Shown here: piece after piece, positions 49,001 to 61,000 of the stretch
How the letters are laid out: each line of letters begins with the position of its first letter
How positions within the stretch are numbered: position 1 is the stretch's first letter
NCBI RefSeq assembly: GCF_000002075.1
Contig: NW_004798018.1
Coordinates: 52,541-116,540 of the forward strand
Reading direction: 5' to 3'
Length of the DNA: 64,000 nt
Origin: Aplysia californica
Lineage: Eukaryota
Notes under the pieces: generated by a model
Seen by the model: only the letters and a program-made list of their open reading frames with translations
Databases searched by the model: none
What the model was told of the DNA's origin: nothing
Program-made: the position numbers and the translations under genes

Positions 49001-52000
49001 CATGTTGCTTTCCAACAAGTCGAGACACCTTCGAAGTGTCAGAGACGTGATCACACTTCGATCAGCTCTAATATTAAAACTATTAACCCGCAAATTTTCG
49101 TTTCAGTACCAAAATGGAAGAATGAAACATTTTGCAATAACTATGTAAAACAAAATCTCGGCCCCAGAGTCTCGTTCAGGCGAGACTTCATTTCTAAAGA
49201 CACCTGGTCAGATCGGTCGATTCCGGGCGAGTTAAGATATAATGTGTTAACTGATTCATTCATTCATAATTTTTTTAAATACCAAAAGATGTTCAGGTTA
49301 AGGTGGATGGGTGATTAAAAATAACCAGGATTCATTAAGGGAGTTATCCACCGTCTGCTGGATTAACAAGAGTGATGTGCAGGGTGAGTAAGGCCAATTG
49401 TTCACAGACAGCGCTGTCCTGTACTGGACAGATAGAAGGCAAGGCTCTCTGGTTTGTCACAGGACAACGGACTTCTTGATTTGTAGCTTGATCAGTTTAT
49501 GTGTGAACTGACACATGAAACAGCCAAGCGTTTTTGAGTTGGATTAAGAAAGATCATGAAGGTGGAGAAATAGATTTCAACAAGGGGAATGGGGCGGTTC
49601 TTTTCCTCAGAATGGGGTCATCAAACTAGGCAATATTTCAAACAAACAACAGGACTTGCAACACCAGCCTGGCTTCAAATTTTAACAGGGAACCACCTAA
49701 ACCAAACCTTTTTTTAAGACCTCAGCAATTTACTACGAATGACCCCCAGCATTGTCCTGTGCCATGATCAACATTTTCAAGGTTTTAAAGCAAGTGATAC
49801 CTTCTTCTAGCCCAGCACAAGTTCATGATTTATCATAAGGCCTTTTGAAGACACATCTGATGTTTTCATTTCATTTTTTTTTTTTTGAAACTGTTGACTT
49901 GCTCGAATCATTGAAAGTCCAGTTTAAACCACAGAGCCACTAAAACTGAAGTAGGAGAAAAGCATGAAGAGTTCCCCTTCCTACGTTACCTCGTCCTCAG
50001 GCTTGTATGGTCTCAGACTGAATGACTTGGTCACTATGTAGTCTGGTGGCTTGATATAAAAAAGGTCGTGTGCACTATCAATAGGTAAAAGGCGCTGGAA
50101 AAAAGGGGAAATCACTGAATGAAGAAGCATAAATGGCACAGGTAACAAAAAATTATACATTCCTGAAAGGGATGGTCAAACAAGTTAATGTTTTAAGTTT
50201 AGTAAAGTAAAAATCCTACCAATAAGAGGCAGAACCCAGTCAGATGGCACCTCCATCAACCACTGTCCACAGCACAGCACCCATATCTCAGGCCTGGGGA
50301 CTCTAACAGACATTTTGGAAGCAGACTTTCCCCTTAGTCTTGGTCAAACTATGTGAAACTTGTAGTTAAAAGTGTGTTTGACTGTGCATAGTCTCAGGAT
50401 GTCGGACTGACATATTTTCCACCAGCAAAATTGAAATTCCTTCCATGACAGGTCATCCTCTTGGGGCATACACAGTGTATTCAGCATTCAAAGTTCAACC
50501 ATACTCTGGACTGGTTCAACAACAAACTCACCCCTTCCATCAAGTTTTCAAATCATCCACATGAAGACACAATACTGGGATTACTGCTGTTCCAAGTGAG
50601 AGCAAGACATTTTTGTAAAGCAAAATGGACCTCAAACCAAACTGATTGCTTTACCATCAATACACACGTTGCAATGAGAAAAGGTTTCCAACAAACTGCA
50701 TGCTTTTCTGTGGCCTTCCTGCACAGGCAAATTCAAATACAAGCGGTCAGGCAAGTTGAATATCTCTCTCGTTTTATCACTGTTCATAGGGGGGGAAAAC
50801 AACTAGACCCAGAAGATATATCGAATGCAGCAACATTAATACTAAGTAACTCAAAATATTTTCTTACAACAATAACTATTTTGATGAATTGACCCCCAAA
50901 AAACAAAAGCATTCAGACCACGTTTCTTAAAGCCAGTAACACGAATATCAGTGTAGCATAAAAGCTAGCATGCTTCGATTAATTGTCTTATTTCATGCAG
51001 ACCAAATCCAAAACTTAAGATCCGAAATCTTTTTCCTCGTTAAAAGTCCATGTCATAACAATCTGGATTCCCTCAAACTCTTGTGCAGAAAGTATCATTA
51101 AAACAAATGACCGTCAACTTTGCAACAGAAAGCCAAAACAAACTTGCAACCATAAGAAAGCATAGATTTTATAATACACAACTCAAAAGGCATTCACTCT
51201 AAAGACAAACATAGAATTTCCTGATAAGCCGCCAATGTAGGAAGCTGACAACTGCAACCGACTGCATACAACACCCAAGAAAGCCTGGCATCATTCCTTT
51301 ATAGAGAATGACCGGTCAAAACCTGCAGCAATACAACAAGCACTGTGTTTATTACTTTCTCCATTCACCCCACTGACAAACTCATGGTGATTGCACCATC
51401 TATCGTCAGCTCAGTAATATGTCAAGTTCCTACATTTTTACTTTTATAACACCATTTGAGTTCTCTGAACTTCTGCTTCCTTGAGTCTTACAAAATACAA
51501 CCAATTCCGACATTGGGCTTACAGACTGCACGTAAGAAAAGTGGGTACGCAATCTCTTCCATTACTTCTGCAATAGTCATCTTTTGACTGGGTCATACTT
51601 AGCCTTCTTTCTTACTTCAGGGTCATTAAAATATTTTTGTAACCGTTGTTCTGAAACCTCTTTTTCTTAGTAACATTTTTATCACTCAGATCTACACAAA
51701 TTAACATCTGTTCAAAAAAAAAAAGTCTATAATTTTTTCCCAACATGAATTATGCTTTCACACTCGCCTGTCGTCAAGCCCCCCAAGAAACAAACAATAT
51801 TTGGTTTTCCTTTCTACTTTTTTCAGAAGAAAAAAATCTGGATTGCAGCCTCAGCTCCTCTCAATGTGATACATCATCAAAGAAACTATAACCTGCAGAG
51901 AAAAACTGAACTGCATTTGAACCCATGATGTTTCACATCAGTTGATGAGGGCAAAATCTACCCTGAGCACAAAAGCAACAACAGACACGGCAGAGAACTT

Positions 52001-55000
52001 ACCCTAACTCCAATCTTCAAATTGATCCACCTTCTCATAAATAAGACCAGTTGTGACAACACTTTTCATCAAATTCAAACATTCCGTACACAAAAGACAA
52101 CACTACTTTCCAAACTCAGAACATGTTTTTACACAACGACAATCCCACTTAGTGACATTCATTAATTTTTTTTTGTCAAATACCATACTTGGACTTTGCC
52201 GATCACCCTGCACTGCTCTCCCACAAACATGCTCAGATGCAAGAAAAGACCAAGGAGCTCAACAGCCTATCAAGGAGTGGTGACCTACGTATTCCTCAGG
52301 CAAGTCGAAAGTAGTTAAGCTAGGAAAAGTTTCAAGCCCTGCTGTGACAGTGGAAGACACTCCTCTGGAAGAAGATGACTCCTTTACCTACCTTGGAAGT
52401 GTCATCGATGGTAAAGGTGGAACTGAGGCAGTTGTAAAAGCAAAAACCGCCAAGGCAAGGTCAGCATTCAATCCATTATCATACGTCTGGAAAGCAAGCA
52501 ACAACTCTCTGCATACCAAAATTTGACTCTTTAACTCCAATGTCAAGTCAGTACTTCTATACGGCTGCGAAACTTTGAAGACAATATAAAGACAGTACTG
52601 AATAAAGTCCAGACTTTCACTAAAAGGTATTCGAAGAGTATCCTAAGAATTACCTGGCAGGAAAGATTAAGAAATGAAGAGCAGTGGGAAAGGACAGGAC
52701 AAAAGGATATCGAAGTACAAATAGGACTAAGAAAGTGGCGAAAGATGGGACACACCCTCAGAAAGCCCAGCGGAAACATCACAAGACAGGTCGCTGCAGT
52801 GGAACCCACAGGGAGCACAAGGCAGGGGTAGGCCACGGGAAACATGGAGAAGATGTGTAGAAAGTGACATAAGAGAAATGAAGCTCACTTGGAACAATGG
52901 CCCATGACAGAGATAAATGGAAGGAGCTTGTATGTGGCCTATACCGTGCCAGGGTTGAATGGCATTTGATGATGACCATACTTAAATTGCAGGCACAAAA
53001 CCAAAAGACAACTGATAAAATTACAACAAAAAAAACAGCTACTCCACACAAGGCAATCACCAGCTCCAAGCCATAAAAACCACCTACTTTACAAAAATTT
53101 CAAATAGAACTGGTACAGAGTTCAACAACAGCAACAGAACAGCCTACATCCGGCCAGTGAGGACCACCAAACACCTGAGACTGATGCACTTTTTACAAAC
53201 AGAACCTTCTGTACCAACAGAAGATCAAATATTTTTTCTGTATCAACACCTGACGGGCAAGGGTAACAGACTAAGGGGAAAAAGGTACAAGCTGTAAGTC
53301 ATGTTGTTCGGTGAATAAAGAAATAGAAAAACTTGTTTGTGGACAAAAAACTTACTCGGAATCATTTTCAACTTACAAAATTTCTTTCTCATTCACGCAC
53401 CTCCTCATGAAATCAAAACACTGATAAATTTTCAAGATGACTATTATCTTCAGTCCATTGCCAACAGCACTAAAATGATTATCTTCAAATCAGTGTGTTT
53501 TGATTTCATTTTTATTATAGAAAGCTTATGAATGGTAAGTTGACAAAAAATCCTACATAAGAGATACCAAAGGTAAAAAAAGGTAGAACCTGTCTACAAA
53601 CAAGCTTCTCAAATGATGAATGAATGATGATCTTTTTACCAGAGATACCAATCACAAATGAATCTCTTCATTTATCCTGACTGAAAGTATTTTTCTAATC
53701 AAGTGGAAAATTTCCGGCCCATTTCAGTTACTATGAAACAATCCGAGATGAATTTGTCATACACTTAAATGTGCCCGTTGTTCTGTCAAATCACAATGGA
53801 GGTCTCTACAGCTCAAATAGGATCTGGAGGTTCATATTTTTTTTAAGCATCAAAAAGGAAATCAAGGCACATTTGAGTAAACAAATCCATTTTCTTTCTT
53901 TTTTTTAACAGCATTTGGTTTTGAAAATCACAAGTCTCGTAGCCAGGATAAATGAAAAGCAAAATTTAGACCGAATTTTTCCCCGTCTCCACATCAGGAG
54001 GGACATGCAGAAATCAAAGACTTTTACCATCATAAATTTCTCTTCAAATGCCATCATCTCATTCATCGACAACTCAGCCACCTTACTAGCAAAATTCACA
54101 CGCTGCTAGTAAAATGGAATTCTACAGATATCAAGAAAATACACTTTGCTTCCACACCACCAATCAAGGGTGCATGCATCATTCGAAAATAAGTGTATTT
54201 TCATCTGATAGAAAGAAGTCGGTGCTTTTTCTGTACATCATTTCTGCTACAGCACAAAGTAAGACATTTCATATTTATCAAGAATGGGGATGAGGCAGGG
54301 GGGGCTTCTGAGATACAGGTGCATGTACGGTGAGCAGCAGCTGTAAGAAAGAATGCCATTAATTGTGATGGAGCTCCCATCTGGGTACAGCCAGGCCACA
54401 GCAAAGCTACATGAAAAAGTATAGTCAGTTCTCCTAATTCATCATGGTAACTGAAAAAATAGTTAATTCATTATAAAAGAAACAATAGTTAATTCATCAT
54501 AACTGAAAATATTAGATTCTTTTGAAGCTCTTGTGTCAAGATCCCAGCTTGTCTGTTGCCAGCACAGCGATCCCACCATTACAGAATAATACATTCCAGG
54601 TGGCAGATATACATACTTGCAATTCAGATTGTAGACCTCCTCTGAAAACCCATGGCTCTTGATCACCACTGACAAATGCATCCCTATAGCCTTTAGAAAA
54701 CCCTGTGATCACCAGGAAAGACAAAAGAGCTTATTAACAAATAAGTGAAGAGTCTGAAGATTTTCAAACAGAGAAGGTATCTTTTTTTCTTAGTTTAGTT
54801 ACAAAGGTTGTACAAATAATACAGAAAGTTTTATTTTATATCAGTGATAGTCTTACCTTACCTTGTCTAGAATCTTTCATGGCATCCTCAATATGCAGGA
54901 TACACTAACTTTAGTAACAACCACTTCAAAACAACACTGGAGGAGGAAATTTATATATGACAGAAGAGGAAAACACAACAACTAAACACTAACTGCTTAG

Positions 55001-58000
55001 TCTAATACTTACATAACACCAGTTATTTCTTTGATGGCTTTTCTACAGAACATTAAAGAAACCTGTTTAAATTGTGCAGCTTTCATAGAGAACATGTGAT
55101 TAGAAACATTCTTGCTACTTCTTCACGGCACTGTTTCTCTTATGACGAACAAGAGTTTAAAACTGCACAAGTTTCAAAAGACAAAGTAGTTTTCACACAT
55201 TCAGTTCTAAAGGCAAAGGAATTCAAACTGACAAAGTGGTTCTGTGACACTGCTTGTACAGTACCACTCTCGTCAAATCCATCCTGAAGGAAGGTAAGAC
55301 TTAGGTTTCCATCAAACAAACTTTCTGTGAAAACATCTGTGGCATAGACAGAAGTAGCAAATCGGTTTCTTACCATTCATGTTCATCTAAAAGTAAAAGC
55401 TCAGAAATCCACAGATGAAGAATAGCTTTGACTTTTTGAGAGGGCGTGAAGGGTGATAAATGAAAATAAATGCATTTACCAACACATGAGAAATATAGCC
55501 AAGTAGCGAGGGGGCTGCACTAAACTGCAATTCTTCTTTCTGTGGGATCGTTGAGCTGTGAGGACTTAGTAGTCTCGGAGAGGAATTTTTTAAAACATTC
55601 TTAAGAGGGTACAAGCAACAGAAAACCAGTGAACCAGCTTTTAAAAGAAAGCAAACTGAACAGATCAAAAGATCTTCCAGTCCATATAAACTTTCCTAAA
55701 ACTGCCACAGAACTCACAGGTATCGTCCATTTTTCACAAAAAATCCCCCAAAAAATTTTAATGCAAGGAGATCAAGATAGAGCAAATATCACTATCTTCA
55801 CACTAAGAAACCAACTGCCAGTCTTTATAATCATGCTGTACTTTACATTTGCAGAAAATCTTATGTCCTTATATATCTTGACTATTACAAAACACAAGGT
55901 TCTTTTCAGTCAGTTGAAACAGCATTGAGGCTTGCCCTCTTCAGTACAAAATTTACGGGAAACAAAGTCAAATGTCACAATGTTTAAAAAGTAGAAGGAA
56001 ACAAAATCCTTAGGGCCAAAGCAGTCACCCACCTCCAGACAAGACACTGATCAAACTGATGTACCAGTACCCCTATTTTGCCAACACCCCCCCCCCCCCT
56101 AAGCTTTGAACCTGGAAAGGGTGAAAACAAAACCAAAGACTGAATTAAGAAGGAACCCAGCCCCTTCTCAACTCGCACTTCAAAAATTGATTTTTTTTTA
56201 AAGTTAACAATTAAAGTGCAACAATTATCTAATACCTATAGAATGCATGGACATGGTATCCCAGAATATACTGAGGCACTGCAGTTTACTCACAAATAAT
56301 TATCACCAGTCTCTTCCAGAAAAACACCTGGTTAACTTGCTTGCACCCCCTTATCTGGTCCACATATCATTAATGTCAAAATCTCAGGACCTGTGTGGAA
56401 ATGCGCATTATCAAAATAGTTTTAGAAATGACACTTCCATGGAAGCTGCACATTCATGGTTATAATTATTAATACATGTTGAATAAAATAACTGCTGACA
56501 AGGACAGCACAACTGGGAAAAAAACAGCACATGTATATACACAGAGATATATATTTATAAACATGAAATGCCTACATGTGACACAGCTGTACGTCTGTTG
56601 CGCCAGTGGATGAGAGGAGAGTCCTTTTGCTGTAACATAAAATGTAAAAGTGAGACCTGAGGTAAACAAAGTTATTAAGGCACAAAAAAGTGTTATCACA
56701 AAATTATTTTCAAAATATTTGAAAAAATGTTATTCCCATAACTTTTGCATACCGGGTATTACAAATTTACAGAAAGAATATTGGTACTCCAATTTTTTTT
56801 TTTTTTAATGTATTGATTAATTACTTTACAGCCAGGTCAAAAAGTGTCCATATGTTGACTGAACTTAACTTTACAAGTTAGCCTCGAAAGAATTAAACTG
56901 ATGCACAATATCAAAACACATAAGTGTTTTAGAAACTCCTACCAAGAAATAAACAAACAGCTGACAAACTTATCTTGACCAAACGAAGCAGAAAGGACAC
57001 CCAAATCATTTAATCAGGTCTCAGTACAAAGTCTTAGTTGCTGACTAGACCATTCATCCTCATAGTTGCTGCGAATCCACACATTATTTTTTCAGTTCAA
57101 GGAATAACACGGGTAACAAAACAAGAGACAATGTCAAGTATATACCTAGCCACTGCACATAAGCTCTGCAAATCTTGAGAATGCTGACCAAGTCCCACAA
57201 ATAGGAGTACATATCACACATGAAAGATTTGTTGGGACCATTGACAAGCTTCCTCAGAAGCTCCACTGTCACTTCGACTTTGTCCGAAAACTCTTGTGCA
57301 AGGTGATGCCATTCTGTGGCCTGGAAAATGAGCACAAATAATCATCAAAACAAGAACAACTATATAAACCATAAAGAAAAATATTGAAGCCAAGTTCACT
57401 GACCAACAGTCCACAATATAAACATTTGACCAACCAGCCTACATAAAAGCTACAACTGCTTTTCACAACTACCAGAATCACAAGTCACAATGACTTTTAA
57501 AAGTAAATATAAATATCATCTAAGATTGTATCTACAAGCAAGTCTACTTTCCTATTGACAAATTAAGGCACTTAACTCATGAAATAGCTAATAAATGAAA
57601 CACTAAATTCTTATAAAATGCCACATATTATTCAAGAACATTTTATTAAAACCACTGCGACCTGCACTGTATGACCCACAAAAACAAACTTCCATAAAAA
57701 GATTCAATACCTCGAACGTGTTGGCTTCTTTATTTCCTTTCTTGATGATGGCAGCAGCATTATTCCTTAACCAATGCAGTCTCTGAAGAAGGAAAAGCCC
57801 CTGACTGCCGTGCTCAAAAGGCATGTAAAACAATTCAGACAGGAGGAGAGCATCATCTTCCGTGAACACATTGTCAAACTCAGCCTTGAGATCATTGTCC
57901 TCTCTCCTGTCCATCTCTGAGCCTTCCACCTGCATCAAACTATCCGAGGAATTCTGCTTCTCCAATTTGGGTAAAGGATCCGAGTCTGACACACTGACGT

Positions 58001-61000
58001 CTACGTTGGGCATTGAGGCCACGCTGGGGGAGCCCTGTGCCCCATCTGTGATGTCCGAGGAGCAAGACATGGCCACGTCCATAGGCTCAGCACCACACTC
58101 AGGGGTAGATGTGGAGTACGAGTCCAGGGGTGGCATCTCTGACAGACTGCTCACCGGGAGACTAGGAGGCTGGAGGAACGTTGGGATAGGCTCTGGAGGC
58201 TGAGCTGAACTCTGTAGCAAGGGTAAGGGGGTCACACCACTAGAGCTGATGGTCTGCGTGGTCGAGGAGGTCGTTATGCACGTTTTTATCACATCTGGCA
58301 GCGGAAGTCCAGCAGGAGGAGACGGAGGCATGTAGGGGACACCGGGGGGAACGTTGCTAGCATCCAGGTCGGACGGGTCCATACAGGGCTGAGCAGCCGA
58401 CGGAATATCCTGGGGTGTGGGAGGGTCTGTCGTAGGGAAAGGGGCGACACCAGGCGGAATAGACGGGTTGCCCGGAGCACACGATGGAACACCCGGTGGA
58501 CTGGAGGGAGGGGGGGACGGAGTCAGGATCACTGGGGGACCAGGCGGGTGACAAACGGGAACCCCTGGAGGCCCTGTTGGCACTCCTGTTGGAAGAAATG
58601 TGGGTATGATGCGTGGGAATGGCTGACGGGGAGGTTCACGGTGGCAGTGTATCTCACACAGCCACTCACCCATTGCCACTTTCAGGGCTTGCTTTGGTTG
58701 GTAGCGCAAGTCAATTCGGGAGGGGAAATCCTCATCCGAACTGAAATCACTTTCGGTCTCCAATTTGATGTCCGATGCAATGGGACTCATTCTGTCATCT
58801 GAAATATTGAAAAACACAAATAAAATAAAATACTGCACTACTGTTGTTATATTTGCAACCTAAAGTACAGATCTTTCATAAAAACAAAGCGCAACTTTTA
58901 TTTTCTTTCACACTTCCCAAACAATTTTTTTGTAAGCTCCATTCAATTCCTGATGAATGGTGCAAAAGGAGGATTGCTATGATCTTATTTTATCACTGTC
59001 ACCACATGGCACTGGGATATTGAATTCTGATCTCATAGATTTATTTCAAACAAGTTCGGACTTCCTTTCTCATGGGAGCCACTACGTTTTTCAATGGCTT
59101 GATTACTTTGTTTTCAAAATTAAAATGCCAAAAGAATTTCATCTTCTTCATGAGAAAACAAGTTGCTCAATGAAAGACTATGTTGTCATACTTTATTGGC
59201 ACCATTTCCTGTACTTTAAAAAAAATCCTTTAATTTTTCTGTAATTATTTTCAGAAAAAACAATTATTTGTATGTATCTATATTCAAATAATCAGTGCAG
59301 CAGCAGCAAAAATCTCTGCCTTTAGAAGAGATGAAGGACATCACATCTCAATGGATTCCCGACTTCATTAGGCATCTGAAGTGTTCCAGTCTCGGCCCCT
59401 CTCCATACAAGCATACCCAAAAGAATGACACACAGAAGTATCTACCTTTCCTTTTAAAAAAAACAAAAACATGTAAAACTTACTATTTATAATGTCCTTC
59501 TTCACACCATCTGGATTTGACTTGCACCACTGACCCAGAGTGTTGATTGCCACAAAATTAGCCTCAAACTCAGTGTTTGGGTTTGTCATCACACCGTTGA
59601 TATACGGGATGATTTCTGGTGATCGTCCATCATATGGTCCCAGGAAAATACGTCTTGGATCATAGTCATTAGCATGAATGTTGTCCCAGATGACACAGGG
59701 TCTTTTTAAAACTGAAGCAATTTCCTCCAGAGAAGTAATTGATAGGCGTTTGCTGACAACTCTTGGCCCTGTAAATTTTAAGAAGTTCAGTTCTCAGCAA
59801 AACATGACTAAAGAGAAAGCATGTTTACAAATTCATTTGAAGTTTCATGATAAAATGCGTCATATCAATTTATTATTATAATGATGAAACCTAGGCTGAA
59901 TTCTCACTTTAAATAGATGAGATCTGTACACTTTTTTCACAAAACGCAACATATTTTGCTTGCAGAAATGAGAAAAATCCATTTAAAGTATTATCAATTT
60001 CCAAAAGGGACACTGGATCTGACCTAAAAATGATTAATGATACCACAGTACTCATGTTGCTGTTATCGATCCAGCAACAGCTGGGCCCTCACCCTTCTGA
60101 CCAATGCATATAGTGATAAGTGAAGGTTTGCTGCAGTGACCACAGTATTCATAAACTATAAACTGCCATTACAGTGGTCGCCAAACCAACACTTTGGATG
60201 ATTTTGTAAAACTATTCGTGTCAGCAAGTAAAGGACAACAGTTTACTTCCCTTTCAGACTATTTTGTATCAATAACGAGGCCTACTTTATTCTTTTTCCC
60301 CCGCATCAACCATAAAATAACATCTCTATCATATCTCTTTCCTTTAAATTAAACAAAAAGTGATACCCTTTCAACAAGAAAAACATTGAAGCACAATTAC
60401 AATAATCCGAAACAGAAAGTAACCCCAAAAAACTTTTATCCACCACAAGGAAAGTCACATGACTTGAGAAAACTTCACTGGCCCTCACAGAACATGTTGC
60501 AATTTGTCAAGGAAAGTCAACTGCTTTTGATATGTTTTGGAATAAAGAAAAAAAAGTTCACTTGCTACAGTTCTCGGGGGGGGGGGGGGGGGGGACTTGT
60601 TTCTATAAAAGCAAGTTAATTCTGGAAATTTGATTCACCTTTCCAGATATAATCAACATCATTTCTGCCAAACTCAAAATTGTGTTTACTGCATTTAATT
60701 GTGACACTGTACATTTCAAGAGTAACATTCAGAAACAGTCAAGAATTCAATAGAGCAGCTGCAGACCAAATATAAACATAACAATTAGGGTAAAATGAAC
60801 ACTTCCATAAACCCTTTTATGAACAGGTAAAAATAAAAAAAATACTGCTACTGGTTTTGGCACCTGAACAAATGTCAAAATTTTTTTAATATTTAAAATA
60901 AAAGGAAGGGACAAAGTTTCTTATCTACTTACCTGTCCACATAATATCAATACCAGGTAACAATTTGGATCCAATTGTGGTCAGATACTCTGAGGTAGCT

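Noticed and set aside
54426-54505. Second C/D snoRNA candidate on the minus strand in an OGA intron
   Set aside because: The boxes arise from a short AT-rich local duplication; there is no proper D' box or terminal stem.
55265-55283. Micro-exon candidate in an OGA intron (cttcag|GATGGATTTGA...)
   Set aside because: Weak donor, 19 nt and an immediate stop; less supported than 54862-54936.
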